From Alphaproteobacteria bacterium (GTDB taxonomy: Bacteria; Pseudomonadota; Alphaproteobacteria; Micropepsales; Micropepsaceae), in assembly GCA_027492655.1 (NCBI GenBank), contig JAPUEF010000225.1:1-50649 (forward strand): a stretch of DNA of 50,649 nt, given 5' to 3'. Below the pieces are notes generated by a model. The model was not told the origin of the DNA. It was given only the letters and a program-made list of their open reading frames with translations, and searched no databases. Position numbers and translations under genes: made by a program. Positions 39,324 to 49,601 of this stretch are shown here, one piece after another (the first letter of the stretch is position 1; each line of letters starts with the position of its first letter).

Positions 39324-39621
39324 ATATGGACGCCGCCTGAGGCCTCGACGCGCTGGGCGTTGATCCAGCCCATTTCGTCCGACAACACATTGGCGATCAC
39401 CGTGCCGATATCGTTCGGGAGGCCGACAAGGCCGACATCGAGCTGCAGCGCGACGGCCTCGGCCCCCACGTCCTTCGCGAGCGCGATGACCTTGTCGGCC
39501 TCCGCCGCGTTGGACTTGTAGGTGAGGATCGAAGCGACGCCTTTCGCGCGAGGGCAAGAACCGTGCTGCGGTCGATGCCGCGGCTGCCGCCGGTGACGAT
39601 GGCGATTTTTGTTCCGGGCAT
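39320..39621 (-). pseudogene. SDR remnant (frameshift plus large internal deletion)
   Basis: IAIVTGGSRGI start, a frameshift into ...ALQLDVG, then a direct jump to the C-terminal VGLPNDIG...WINAQRVEASGG. NNAG and YxxxK are missing. Confidence 0.85.
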
Positions 39622-39669
39622 GGCGTTCCCTCGTTCTTCTGATCTGCACATCCGGAATTGAGGATTGCG

Positions 39670-40125
39670 TCAGCCGCCGTCCAGCCCCGCTTCCAGAAGC
39701 CTTCGCGCCGGTTCGTAGCGCGTGGCGACGCGCTCCGCCGCGCCGGGCAGGGCGGCGACGCGAGCGGGATCGCGATTGTCTTCATTGTCGGCGAGCTTGA
39801 CGCGGAGGACCGAGACATCGCGGCTGGCGGCGAGCGCGCCGATCCAGGCGAGATAGTCGCTGCCCTCGGGCCGCGTGACGGCGCGGACGATGCGGATGGT
39901 TTCCGGCGTCACGCCGGCGGCGCGGAGCGAGACTTCGCTCGCCTCCGTATCTTCCAGGCTGTCATGCAGCCAGGCGGCGGCGATTTCGTCAGCCGTCGCA
40001 TCTGGCCAGCGGCGCTGGAGGATGCCGGCCACCCGCGCCAGATGCGTGATATAGGGCGCGCCGGCCTTATCGGTCTGGCCCGCATGCAGCCGCGCCGCGA
40101 GAGCAGGGATATCGAGTGTCGTCAT
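39670..40125 (-). CDS. Stand-alone HD-domain hydrolase (RelA/SpoT hydrolase, small alarmone hydrolase-like)
   Basis: HAGQTDKAGAPYITH, LHDSLEDT and VKLAD..DN motifs. Confidence 0.85.
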   Translation of the reverse strand: MTTLDIPALAARLHAGQTDKAGAPYITHLARVAGILQRRWPDATADEIAAAWLHDSLEDTEASEVSLRAAGVTPETIRIVRAVTRPEGSDYLAWIGALAASRDVSVLRVKLADNEDNRDPARVAALPGAAERVATRYEPARRLLEAGLDGG

Positions 40126-40168
40126 GGCGTCAGTCTAGCGCGCTGTGCGACGCGGCGCCTGCGCCCTG

Positions 40169-40612
40169 TCAGCGCAGCGGCGTCGCTTCGCCCCAGCAGT
40201 CGCCGGTGAAGGGCGTGCCGTCTGCGGTTTTCGAGGGCGGCGGGCAGACGACGAAGGCGCCGTTATTGCGCATGAGGAAATAGGTGCGCTCTTCCTTGTG
40301 CGGGCCGGGGGTCTCAATGGGCCAGCTGCCAGTGCAGTCGGGCTTGCCGTTGGTTTCGATGCGCGTGCTGACCAGCCAGTCGAAGCCGTCGGCGTCGATT
40401 TCGGTATGGAAGGCGTGACGGACGATTTCCTCGCCGCTTTCGACTGTCTGGATGCCGTCCTTGAAGACCCAGCGTTCGGTGCAGACCGGCTTGCCGTCCT
40501 TCATGGCGGTGGAATGGAAAGCGTACGCGCCGTCCGGGATGCGCGGCGGGGCCTGGGGCGCCGCGCTGGCGGTGGCGATCAGGCCGATGGCGGCGGCGAA
40601 AATCAGGCGCAT
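40169..40612 (-). CDS. Exported hypothetical protein
   Basis: Signal peptide MRLIFAAAIGLIATASA; four Cys; GAGGA RBS. Confidence 0.75.
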   Translation of the reverse strand: MRLIFAAAIGLIATASAAPQAPPRIPDGAYAFHSTAMKDGKPVCTERWVFKDGIQTVESGEEIVRHAFHTEIDADGFDWLVSTRIETNGKPDCTGSWPIETPGPHKEERTYFLMRNNGAFVVCPPPSKTADGTPFTGDCWGEATPLR

Positions 40613-40842
40613 GGAATCCTCAAGCGTTGCAGCCGCTGGTTAGGAAGCTCCTGCGCGCTTGTCTATCGCGCCTTCGCTTGTCTCCTCATACCCACGACCC
40701 GCCGTGGGCGCGTGCGCCATGTCGATGAAGGCCATCGCGGGATGCGCAGGGCGCGATACCGCGTCCAGCGCGGAATGGCGTCTGCATAAGACTTCTGCGT
40801 GACCTGTTGCGTTCGAGGCGCTGGGCGGTCCAGTGTCGCGGC

Positions 40843-41217
40843 ATGACCGCAGACACCGCCGCCCGCGAACAGGGCCTCGATCTCATGCCGCGCTTCGATG
40901 CCAACGGCCTCATCACCGCCGTGGTGACGGATGCGGCGAGCGGCGATCTGCTGATGGTCGCGCATATGAATGTTGAGGCGCTGCGCCTGACCGTCGAGAG
41001 CGGCGATGCCTGGTACTGGTCGCGCTCGCGGGCTGAGCTGTGGCGTAAGGGCGCGACGTCGGGGCATACGCAAAAGGTCAGCGAACTGCGGATCGACTGC
41101 GATCAGGACGCGGTCTGGCTGAAGGTCGAGCAGACCGGGCCGGCGTGTCATACCGGCGCGCATTCGTGCTTTTACCGGGCGGTGCGAAGCCCGGGCGGCG
41201 GGCTGGTGCGCGTCTAG
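40843..41217 (+). CDS. hisI: Phosphoribosyl-AMP cyclohydrolase
   Basis: YWSRSR..LWRKG.TSGH.Q, DCDQDA and ACHTG..SCF motifs. Confidence 0.96.
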   Translation: MTADTAAREQGLDLMPRFDANGLITAVVTDAASGDLLMVAHMNVEALRLTVESGDAWYWSRSRAELWRKGATSGHTQKVSELRIDCDQDAVWLKVEQTGPACHTGAHSCFYRAVRSPGGGLVRV

Positions 41218-41615
41218 TCCGCGCCGAAGCCGACGCGGAACATATGGCCGTCGGGGTGGCGCAAATGAAATTCCCGGACGCCCCACGGCTCGTCGGTCGG
41301 GGGCCAGGTGACGGTCATGCCGGCAGCGATGGCCTGTTCGTGCATGGCATCTACGGCGGCGCGGCTATCGAGCCACCAGCTCATCCAGACGCCGTCTGTC
41401 ACGTCGTCGCCGGGAACCTTCGGCATGATCGTGCCGCGTGAACCTTGTGCGCCGCGGCACAGGAAGAGGGTGGCGTCTTCGCTGCAGACGCTGCCGAAGG
41501 TCGGCTCGCCCTCGCCCCAGACGAAGCCCTGACGCCAGCCCAGTTTCGCGAACCAGGCGACGCTGTCGGTGATGGACGAGACGTTGAGGATCGGCGTAAC
41601 GGCGCGAACGGTCAT
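41214..41615 (-). CDS. VOC/bleomycin-resistance family protein
   Basis: TPILNVS and [19 protein letters not shown] motifs. Confidence 0.88.
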   Translation of the reverse strand: MTVRAVTPILNVSSITDSVAWFAKLGWRQGFVWGEGEPTFGSVCSEDATLFLCRGAQGSRGTIMPKVPGDDVTDGVWMSWWLDSRAAVDAMHEQAIAAGMTVTWPPTDEPWGVREFHLRHPDGHMFRVGFGAD

Positions 41616-41620
41616 GGCGA

Positions 41621-42427
41621 TCAGCCTTGCGGGCGGACGATGAAACCTTCCAGACGCGCCCGGACGGCGGCGTCGGCGTCGGGCAGGGTTCCGGCATTGC
41701 GGACATTTACGGTGAGGCCGTAGGCGAGGCCGTCATGCCAGCTGGCCTGCGGCACCTTGCAGACGCCGCCGAAGCAGGCGGCGGCGATCTGTCGCCCGTC
41801 GCTGCGGACATAGACCGCGTAGAAGCTGCCGGATTTCGCGGCGCTGCCTTCCGCTGCCTCGACTGCCAGAACGCCCGGGCTGATCTGACGTTCGGCATAG
41901 GCGCCGTAACGGCCCATCTCCTCGCGCGCCAGTTTCAGCGCCGCGTCGTCCTCCGGCAGCGCGCCGAAACTTTTCTGCAGCGTGTAGAAGACGCCGTTGG
42001 TCGAGGCGTCGGCGACGATGCCGTCCTGACGGTCTCGGAACGACATGCCTTCCAGCGTCGGCATGCGGCCCCAGAAATAGAGCACGCTGGCGGGGCCGTA
42101 GCGGACCTCGCCCTCATCGACGCCGCATTGAGGCGGCATCGCCTCGAACGCCGTGCAGGGCATGTCGAGTTCGACATCCAGCAGCCGAGCGTGATGCTTC
42201 AGCGAGCCGTGCTGTTCGACATAGCCGCCGATGCGGTCAAGGCCCCATTGCACGACGGGCGCGATGAACAGGCTGGACCCCGCCCATATGACGATGATGA
42301 AGAGGATAAGACCGTAGAAGCGCAGATTGCGCCGCAGCTTCTTGCCGAAACTTTCGGGGTGAGGCGGAACGACCGGCGGACGGATATCGGGCGGCCTGAC
42401 GCCCTGCGGCCTCGGATCGATGCTCAC
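41621..42427 (-). CDS. Membrane-anchored hypothetical protein
   Basis: GTGA overlap with the ubiG stop; Pro-rich/basic N-terminus, one TM helix, two Cys pairs. Confidence 0.75.
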   Translation of the reverse strand: MSIDPRPQGVRPPDIRPPVVPPHPESFGKKLRRNLRFYGLILFIIVIWAGSSLFIAPVVQWGLDRIGGYVEQHGSLKHHARLLDVELDMPCTAFEAMPPQCGVDEGEVRYGPASVLYFWGRMPTLEGMSFRDRQDGIVADASTNGVFYTLQKSFGALPEDDAALKLAREEMGRYGAYAERQISPGVLAVEAAEGSAAKSGSFYAVYVRSDGRQIAAACFGGVCKVPQASWHDGLAYGLTVNVRNAGTLPDADAAVRARLEGFIVRPQG

Positions 42428-43194
42428 GCCGACGCCTCCGGCTTTACCGCCAGCATCATATAGTTGACGCCGGTATCGCTGGAGCGGCTCCAGCGGTCGG
42501 CGAGGGGATTGTAGGCGACGCCGGAAAGATCGGCGATCTGCAGGCCGCCCTCCTCCAGAGCGGCGCGCAGCTCGCCGGGGGTTAGGAATTTCGCCCAGTC
42601 ATGGGTGCCGCGCGGCAACCAGCCCAGCACATACTCGGCGCCTACGATGGCGAGCGCCCATGCTTTGAACGTGCGGTTGAGGGTGGCGACGATCATCATG
42701 CCGCCGGGGCGCAGCATGGTCGCGCAACTGGACATGAACAGGCGGACATCGGCGACGTGCTCCACGACCTCCATGTTCAGGATGACGTCGAAGCGTTCGC
42801 CGGCGGCGGCCAGCGCCTCGGCCGTGGTGGCGCGGTAATCGATGGCGAGACCCTGTTCGGCGGCATGGGCGCTGGCGGTGCCGATATTCTTTTCCGAGGC
42901 GTCGGCCCCGGTGACGGAAAATCCCAGACGCGCCATCGGTTCGGACAGAAGGCCGCCGCCGCAGCCGATATCCAGCAGGCGCAGACCGTCGAACGGCTTC
43001 CGGACGGAACCGTCGCGGGCGAAGCGGGCCAGAGTCTTTTCGCGGATATAGGCGAGGCGCACCGGGTTGAATTTGTGCAGCGGGGCGAATTTGCCGGTCT
43101 CGTCCCACCATTCGGCCGCCATGGCCGAGAATTTCGCCACATCGTCGGCGTCGATGGTGGTGGCCGCAGGGGCGGCTTCCGCTGTTGTCGTCAT
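42424..43194 (-). CDS. ubiG: Ubiquinone biosynthesis O-methyltransferase
   Basis: [30 protein letters not shown] and LPRGTH.W motifs. Confidence 0.96.
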   Translation of the reverse strand: MTTTAEAAPAATTIDADDVAKFSAMAAEWWDETGKFAPLHKFNPVRLAYIREKTLARFARDGSVRKPFDGLRLLDIGCGGGLLSEPMARLGFSVTGADASEKNIGTASAHAAEQGLAIDYRATTAEALAAAGERFDVILNMEVVEHVADVRLFMSSCATMLRPGGMMIVATLNRTFKAWALAIVGAEYVLGWLPRGTHDWAKFLTPGELRAALEEGGLQIADLSGVAYNPLADRWSRSSDTGVNYMMLAVKPEASA

Positions 43195-43326
43195 GGCGCT
43201 TATTTAGGGGGTGCGGCGGCTTCACGGAAGGGCAAGCGGCGGTTCAGCTTTTCCTTGCTTCACGGGGTTCCGGCCTGTATCGCCAAGCCGCCTTTTCCCA
43301 CCGTCCCAACCATCCGCCCGCCCCTC

Positions 43327-44577
43327 ATGTCCGCCGCATCCAAGCCCGTTCTGGTGATGAAGTTCGGCGGCACGTCCGTCGCGAACATCGAACGCATGCG
43401 CCGGGTCGCCGGGCTGGTGAAGCGCGAGGTCGAGAACGGCTATGACGTGGCGGTGGTGGTATCGGCCATGGCGGGCGAGACCAACAAGCTGGTGTCGCTG
43501 ACCCGCGAGGCCTCGCCGCTGCACGACGCCCGTGAGTATGACGCCATCGCTTCGTCGGGCGAGAACGTGACGGCGGGGCTGACCGCCATCGCGCTCGACG
43601 CCATCGGAGTGCCGGCGCGCTCGTGGGCGGGCTGGCAGGTGCCGATCAAGACCGATGGCGTGCACGGCTCGGCCAGCATTCTCGATATCGGCACCGAGAA
43701 CATCAAGGAGCGCTTCGCCCAGGGCTTCGTCGCGGTGGTCGCCGGGTTCCAGGGCATCAGCCCGGAGGGACGCATCACCACGCTGGGCCGCGGCGGTTCG
43801 GACACGAGCGCCGTGGCTCTGGCGGCCGCGCTGGGCGCGGAGCGCTGCGATATCTATACCGACGTCGATGGCGTCTATACGACCGATCCGCGCATCGTCG
43901 CGAAGGCGCAGAAGCTGGACCGCATTTCCTATGAGGAAATGCTGGAGATGGCCTCGCTGGGCGCCAAGGTGCTGCAGACGCGATCGGTGGAAGTTGCGAT
44001 GATCCACCGCGTGAAAACCCAGGTATTGTCGAGCTTCGACGATACCGTCGGCGATAACCTGCCGGGCACGCTGGTTTGCGATGAGGACGAGATCATGGAG
44101 AAGCGCCTTGTCACCGGCGTCGCCTATAGCCGCGACGAAGCCAAGATCACGCTGGTGCGCGTGCCCGATACGCCGGGCATCGCGGCGGCGATCTTCTCGC
44201 CGCTGGCGGACAGCGGCATCAACGTCGACATGATCGTGCAGAACGTCTCGGATGACGGGCGCACGACCGACATGACCTTCACCACCGGCAAGGCGGATTT
44301 CGACCGCGCCATCAAGGTGCTGAACGACAATGCCGGCGAGATCGGATTCGAGCGCATCTCGACCGACCAGAACGTAGTGAAGGTGTCGGTAATCGGGGTG
44401 GGCATGCGCACCCATGCCGGCGTCGCGCAGACCATGTTCCGCACGCTGGCCGAGAAGGGGATCAATATCCTCGTCATCTCGACCAGCGAGATCAAAGTCA
44501 GCGTGCTGATCGGCGCCGACTATACCGAGCTTGCGGTGCGCGCGCTGCACACCGCCTATGGGCTGGATGCCGAATGA
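43327..44577 (+). CDS. lysC: Aspartate kinase
   Basis: VMKFGGTSV, VVSAM, TTLGRGGSD and DVDGVYTTDP motifs; ACT domains. Confidence 0.97.
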   Translation: MSAASKPVLVMKFGGTSVANIERMRRVAGLVKREVENGYDVAVVVSAMAGETNKLVSLTREASPLHDAREYDAIASSGENVTAGLTAIALDAIGVPARSWAGWQVPIKTDGVHGSASILDIGTENIKERFAQGFVAVVAGFQGISPEGRITTLGRGGSDTSAVALAAALGAERCDIYTDVDGVYTTDPRIVAKAQKLDRISYEEMLEMASLGAKVLQTRSVEVAMIHRVKTQVLSSFDDTVGDNLPGTLVCDEDEIMEKRLVTGVAYSRDEAKITLVRVPDTPGIAAAIFSPLADSGINVDMIVQNVSDDGRTTDMTFTTGKADFDRAIKVLNDNAGEIGFERISTDQNVVKVSVIGVGMRTHAGVAQTMFRTLAEKGINILVISTSEIKVSVLIGADYTELAVRALHTAYGLDAE

Positions 44578-44608
44578 TCTTTCCAACCGCCCCTGACAGG
44601 AGCGGCTG

Positions 44609-46879
44609 ATGGCCACCTCGGCGGCCGGCAATCCCCGTCTGCTGCTGCGCCGCCTGCGCGACATCATGCAGGAGCGCACCAGCGCGCAGGATCGGCTGGA
44701 CCGCCTCGTCACGCTGATCGCGAACAACATGGTCGCGGAGGTGTGCTCGATCTATCTGATGCGGGCGGGCGGTGAGCTGGAGCTGTTCGCCACCGAAGGC
44801 CTCAACAAGGACGCCGTCCACAATGCCCGCCTGAAAAAGGGCGAGGGTTTGATCGGCGATATCGCGCTCAACGCGCGGCCGCTGAACCTGCCGGACGCGC
44901 AGAGTCATCCGAACTTCGTCTTCCTGCCGGAAACCGGCGAAGCGCCGTTCCAGAGCCTGATGGGCGTGCCGATCCTGCGCGACGGGCTCTGCCTCGGCGT
45001 CGTCGCGGTGCAGAACAAGACCCGCCGCCTCTATGACGAGGAAGAGGTCGAGGCGCTGCAGACCATCGCCATGGTGCTGGCCGAGATGGTCGCCTCGGGC
45101 GACCTGATCGCCACGACCGAACTGGAGGCCACCGGCATCCGCCGCGACCGCCACTGGCGGGCGAAGGGCGCGGCGATCGTCGACGGCGTCGCGATCGGCG
45201 AGGTGGTGCTGCACGAGCCGCGCGTGAAGGTAGAACGCCTGATCGCCGAAGACCCGGACGTGGAGCGCAAGCGGCTGGATACCGCCATCGCGGCGCTGCG
45301 CTCGTCCGTCGACGAGATGGTCGATGCCGAGGACATGGATCTGCTGGGCGACACGCGCGAGGTGCTGGAAGCCTATCGCATGTTCGCGAACGATTCGGGT
45401 TGGCTGGCGCGGCTGCGCGAGGCGATCTCGACCGGCCTGACCGCCGAAGCGGCGGTGGAGCGCGTGCAGAGCGAGACGCGGGCGCGGTTGATGCGCCACA
45501 CCGATCCCTATCTTCGCGAACGGGCGCACGATCTGGACGATCTGGCGAACCGGCTGCTGCGTCATATCGCCGGGCTGTCCGATACGGCGGCGGGGGCGCT
45601 GCTGCCGGAGAACGCCGTGCTGGTGGCGCGGGTGATGGGGCCGGCGGAGCTGCTGGATTATGATCGCGCGCGGCTGAAAGCCATCGTTCTGGAAGAAGGC
45701 TCGCCCACCAGCCATGTTGCCATCGTGGCGCGGGCCATCGGCATTCCGCTGGTCGGCCGCATCGAGGGCCTGCTGGATCAGGTCGATCCGGGCAACCAGA
45801 TCGTGGTCGATGGCGAGACCGGCGAAGTCAATCTACGGCCCGGCGCGGAGATCGTTTCAGCCTATCGCGCCAAGCTGGAAATCATCGCGCAGCGCGCGCA
45901 GGAATATGCGGCGCTGCGCGACGAACCCGCCATCACGCTGGATGGGCGCGCCATCACGCTCAATCTGAATGCCGGCCTTGCGGTGGACCTGCCGCATCTG
46001 GACGAGACGGGCGCGGCGGGCATCGGCCTGTTCCGCACCGAGCTGCCGTTTATGATCACCACGCGGCTGCCGAGCCTCCGGCGCCAGACCGAGCTTTATG
46101 CCCGCGCGCTGGATGCGGCGGGCGAGCGGCCGGTGGTCTTCCGCACGCTGGACCTCGGCGGCGACAAGGTGCTGCCCTATATGCACCTTGATGAGGAAGA
46201 GAACCCGGCGATGGGCTGGCGGGCGATCCGCATCAGCCTCGATCGGCCGGCGCTGCTGCGCTACCAGTTGCGGGCGCTGATCGCCGCCGCGCCGGGACGG
46301 CAGCTGAACGTCATGTTCCCGATGATCGCCGAGGTCGCCGAGTTCGTGCAGGCCAAGGCGCTGCTGGAGCGCGAGATGCGGCGCGCCCGGGCGACAGGAC
46401 AGCCGCTGCCGTCTTCGGTGCGGGCCGGGACGATGCTTGAGGTGCCCTCGCTTGGCTATTCGCTGCCGGCGCTGCTGGCGGTCGCGGATTTCATCTCGCT
46501 CGGCACCAACGATCTGATGCAGTTCTTCTTCGCCTCCGATCGCGGCAATCCGCGTCTCGGCGACCGCTACGATCCGCTGAGTCCGGCCTTCCTGCGCTTC
46601 ATCAAATCGGTGATCGACGCCGCCGCCATCGCCGGCAAGCCGGTGGCGGTGTGCGGCGAGATGGCGGGGCGGCCGCTGGAGGCGCTGGCGCTGATGGGCC
46701 TCGGCATCACGGCGCTGTCGATGCAGCCCCATGGCGTCGGCCCGGTGAAGCAGGCGATCCGCAGCGCCGATTTCAACAAGGTCGCGGCCTTCCTGAATCA
46801 GCGGCTGGACGATCCCGGCCATTCGCTGCGCCCCGCGCTGCGGGCGTTCTGCGACCGGCAGGGCATCAAGCTGGGCTGA
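44609..46879 (+). CDS. ptsP: PEP-protein phosphotransferase EI(Ntr) with N-terminal GAF domain
   Basis: GAF (AEVCSIYL...LFATEGL), TSHVAI, GLFRTE, EENPAMGWRAIR and GTNDL motifs. Confidence 0.96.
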   Translation: MATSAAGNPRLLLRRLRDIMQERTSAQDRLDRLVTLIANNMVAEVCSIYLMRAGGELELFATEGLNKDAVHNARLKKGEGLIGDIALNARPLNLPDAQSHPNFVFLPETGEAPFQSLMGVPILRDGLCLGVVAVQNKTRRLYDEEEVEALQTIAMVLAEMVASGDLIATTELEATGIRRDRHWRAKGAAIVDGVAIGEVVLHEPRVKVERLIAEDPDVERKRLDTAIAALRSSVDEMVDAEDMDLLGDTREVLEAYRMFANDSGWLARLREAISTGLTAEAAVERVQSETRARLMRHTDPYLRERAHDLDDLANRLLRHIAGLSDTAAGALLPENAVLVARVMGPAELLDYDRARLKAIVLEEGSPTSHVAIVARAIGIPLVGRIEGLLDQVDPGNQIVVDGETGEVNLRPGAEIVSAYRAKLEIIAQRAQEYAALRDEPAITLDGRAITLNLNAGLAVDLPHLDETGAAGIGLFRTELPFMITTRLPSLRRQTELYARALDAAGERPVVFRTLDLGGDKVLPYMHLDEEENPAMGWRAIRISLDRPALLRYQLRALIAAAPGRQLNVMFPMIAEVAEFVQAKALLEREMRRARATGQPLPSSVRAGTMLEVPSLGYSLPALLAVADFISLGTNDLMQFFFASDRGNPRLGDRYDPLSPAFLRFIKSVIDAAAIAGKPVAVCGEMAGRPLEALALMGLGITALSMQPHGVGPVKQAIRSADFNKVAAFLNQRLDDPGHSLRPALRAFCDRQGIKLG

Positions 46880-46896
46880 GAGGGGTGCGGCGAGGT

Positions 46897-46922
46897 GGAA
46901 CTTGCGCCCCGGCGGGCGCATT
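46897..46922 (+). promoter_or_regulatory. Putative EcfG/SigT (general stress) promoter
   Basis: GGAAC-N17-CATT upstream of the DUF2188 gene. Confidence 0.55.
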
Positions 46923-46957
46923 CTCATCTCAGGTCCGTAGCGAACGGAGGTTCCAGC

Positions 46958-47200
46958 ATGTCCAAGATCACCTATCACGTCGTCGAACATGACGGCGGCT
47001 GGGCCTACAAGGCCGACGGCGTCTTTTCCGAACCGTTCCCGACCCGCGCCGCCGCCATCGAAGCGGCCCGTCGCGCCGCCTTCGAGCAGGAACTGCCCGA
47101 CGCGAAATCGGCCTCGATTTCGTGGGAGGACGAAAACGGCGTCTGGCACGAGGAAGCCTCGCGCGGCGACGACCGGCCTGTCACGGCGGTCGAGGAATAG
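46958..47200 (+). CDS. DUF2188 family small protein
   Basis: GGAGG RBS; YHVVEHDGGWAYK..GVFSE.FPT and ED..G.WHEE...G.DRP motifs. Confidence 0.85.
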   Translation: MSKITYHVVEHDGGWAYKADGVFSEPFPTRAAAIEAARRAAFEQELPDAKSASISWEDENGVWHEEASRGDDRPVTAVEE

Positions 47201-47350
47201 CCGCATATCGCAGATTTCCGCGATTCAGGCGGGCGCGCGTTGCATCGTCCCGCCCGCAAGGGTTATGTGGCGGCGAAATTCCATGTGAAGGCGGCCCAGG
47301 GGTCGCCATCCGGGCGCGCAGGTCGCGCCGCAGTCAGGGTTAAACGCATC

Positions 47351-48442
47351 GTGTCGTCCGAAAACGGCCAGCCCCAGGGTAGCCGCCGCCTCAATCTTAA
47401 AGACGTGAAAGAGGCTCCAGGCATCTCCGACGAGAGCGTCGGTATGGAGCTGCGGGCGATCCGCCTCCAGCGCGGCGAAAGCGTCGCGCAGGTCAGTCAG
47501 GTTCTGCGCATCCGCAAGGATCTGGTGGAGGCGATCGAGCAGTCGCGCCACGATCTGCTGCCGGGCCAGGCCTATGCCGTGGGCTTCGTGCGCTCCTATG
47601 CCGATTATCTGCGTCTCGACACCGCCGAGGTGGTGCGCCGCTACAAGGCGGAGCTGGCGGCGCTGGAGCCCGAAGGCCATTTCGCCATCCCGGTGCCGGA
47701 GGAAGAGCAGCGCTTCTCGTTCGTTTCCATCGGCGTGATCCTGTTGTGCCTCGCGGGCGCGGTGGCGGGCGCCTGGTATCTGGCGGTGCAGGCGGGATGG
47801 ATCGGCGGCCAGCGCCCGCTGGGGCCGACGACCGCCGAAGCGCCGGTCGATCACGGCGGCACGACGCCCCAGCCCGAAACGGTCGAGCCCGGCGGGACGG
47901 GTGCGTCCGTCGCCGCTGGCCCGACGCCCGAACCGACGCCGGACCCAACCCCTGTTCCCACGCCCGAACCGACCCCGGCGGTGCTGCCCGGCGGCATCAT
48001 CCCGCCCGCGCCAGGCGAAGCGGTGCAGACCGCGACGGGGCGCGAGATGGGCAAGACGAACGCCAATGCGCGCATCGTCCTTATCGCGCGCCGTCCGACC
48101 ATGCTGACGATCTCCGGCCCGGACGCGCGCCAGCCCTATATCAACCGCCTGCTTCAGGTCGGCGATTCCTATCGCGTGCCGCGCCGCGCGAATCTGGTGA
48201 TGCAGCTGAGCGATGCCGGTGCGATCGACGTGGTGCTCGACGGCAAGTTCATCGGCCGTGCCGGTGCCGACGGCGTGGAGCTGAAGGATTTCGCGTTGTC
48301 TGCGGAAGCCTATGGCGCGGAGCCGCTGCCGGAAGCGACGCCCGCGCCGCGTGCGATGCCGGAGCCGACCGCCGTTCCCGCACCTCAGGTTACACCGGCT
48401 CCCACGCCGACGCCCGTCGAGGGCGCCGCGCCGAACGATTGA
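47351..48442 (+). CDS. rodZ: RodZ-like protein (HTH, TM, Pro-rich linker, DUF4115)
   Basis: G.ELR..R...G.S...V...LRIR...AIE, YA.GFVRSYA.YL.LD, a TM helix and L..GDSYRVP; upstream of ispG. Start uncertain. Confidence 0.85.
   Translation: MSSENGQPQGSRRLNLKDVKEAPGISDESVGMELRAIRLQRGESVAQVSQVLRIRKDLVEAIEQSRHDLLPGQAYAVGFVRSYADYLRLDTAEVVRRYKAELAALEPEGHFAIPVPEEEQRFSFVSIGVILLCLAGAVAGAWYLAVQAGWIGGQRPLGPTTAEAPVDHGGTTPQPETVEPGGTGASVAAGPTPEPTPDPTPVPTPEPTPAVLPGGIIPPAPGEAVQTATGREMGKTNANARIVLIARRPTMLTISGPDARQPYINRLLQVGDSYRVPRRANLVMQLSDAGAIDVVLDGKFIGRAGADGVELKDFALSAEAYGAEPLPEATPAPRAMPEPTAVPAPQVTPAPTPTPVEGAAPND
47921..47977 (+). repeat. Degenerate 12-bp coding repeat ([12 protein letters not shown]) in the RodZ linker
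   Basis: Encodes [19 protein letters not shown]. Confidence 0.6.
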
Positions 48443-48452
48443 GGCCGCGCGC

Positions 48453-49601
48453 ATGAGCGTCGTGCGTCCCTATCGCCAGATCCAGCGCCGCGTCTCGCGC
48501 AAGATCCGCGTGGGCGCGGTGGAGGTGGGCGGCGACGCGCCGATCAGCGTGCAGTCGATGACCAATACGCTGACCTCCGACGCCGGCGCGACGATCCGTC
48601 AGGTTAAGGCGCTGGAGGAGGCGGGCGCGGACATCGTGCGGGTATCGGTGCCGGACGAGGCCTCGACCGCTGCGCTGAAGTCGATCGTGCGGGCGGTGCG
48701 GGTGCCGATCGTCGCCGACATCCATTTCCACTACAAGCGCGCCATCGAGGCGGCGGAAGCGGGCGCGGCGTGCCTGCGCATCAATCCCGGCAATATCGGC
48801 TCTGCGGAGCGCGTGCGCGAGGTGGTGAAGGCGGCGAAGGATCATGGTTGCTCGATGCGCATCGGCGTCAATGCGGGTAGCCTGGAGCCGGAATTGCTGG
48901 AGAAATACGGTGAGCCTTGCCCTGAGGCGATGGTGGAAAGCGCGTTGAATCACGCGAAAATCCTGGAAGATAACGACTTCCGCGAGTTCAAGATTTCGGT
49001 GAAGGCGTCCGACGTGTTTCTGGCCGTCGCGGCCTATAACGGACTTGCCGAGGCGTGCGATTATCCGCTGCATCTGGGCGTGACCGAAGCGGGCGGCATG
49101 ATCCCCGGCACGGTGAAGTCGGCCATCGGGATCGGCAATCTGCTGTGGGCGGGGATCGGCGATACGATCCGGGTTTCGCTGTCGGCCGATCCGGTGGAGG
49201 AAGTCCGCGTCGGGTTCGACATCCTGAAGAGCCTGAACCTGCGCCATCGCGGCGTGAACGTGATCGCGTGTCCGTCCTGCGCGCGGCAGGGCTTCGACGT
49301 GATCAAGACGGTGGCGATCCTGGAAGACCGGCTGAAGCACATCTCGACGCCGATGAGCCTGTCGATCATCGGCTGCGTCGTGAACGGGCCGGGCGAGGCG
49401 ACCCAGACCGATATCGGCTTCACCGGCGGCGGCTCGCTGGGGCAGGCCAAAGGCGGGCACGGCATGGTCTATCTGGCGGGCAAGCAGGCCTACAAACTGC
49501 CGAACGAAAATCTCGTCGATCACATCGTCGCGCTCTGCGAGCAGAAAGCCGCGGAGATCGAAGCGACGCGCGGCGCGGCCGAGCCGGCCCTTACGTCTTA
49601 A
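48453..49601 (+). CDS. ispG: HMBPP synthase (GcpE)
   Basis: [33 protein letters not shown] and GCVVNGPGE motifs. Confidence 0.97.
   Translation: MSVVRPYRQIQRRVSRKIRVGAVEVGGDAPISVQSMTNTLTSDAGATIRQVKALEEAGADIVRVSVPDEASTAALKSIVRAVRVPIVADIHFHYKRAIEAAEAGAACLRINPGNIGSAERVREVVKAAKDHGCSMRIGVNAGSLEPELLEKYGEPCPEAMVESALNHAKILEDNDFREFKISVKASDVFLAVAAYNGLAEACDYPLHLGVTEAGGMIPGTVKSAIGIGNLLWAGIGDTIRVSLSADPVEEVRVGFDILKSLNLRHRGVNVIACPSCARQGFDVIKTVAILEDRLKHISTPMSLSIIGCVVNGPGEATQTDIGFTGGGSLGQAKGGHGMVYLAGKQAYKLPNENLVDHIVALCEQKAAEIEATRGAAEPALTS

Noticed and set aside
47921-47977. Short repeats as a CRISPR or VNTR locus
   Set aside because: These are degenerate in-frame Pro-Thr linker codons with no spacers or cas genes.
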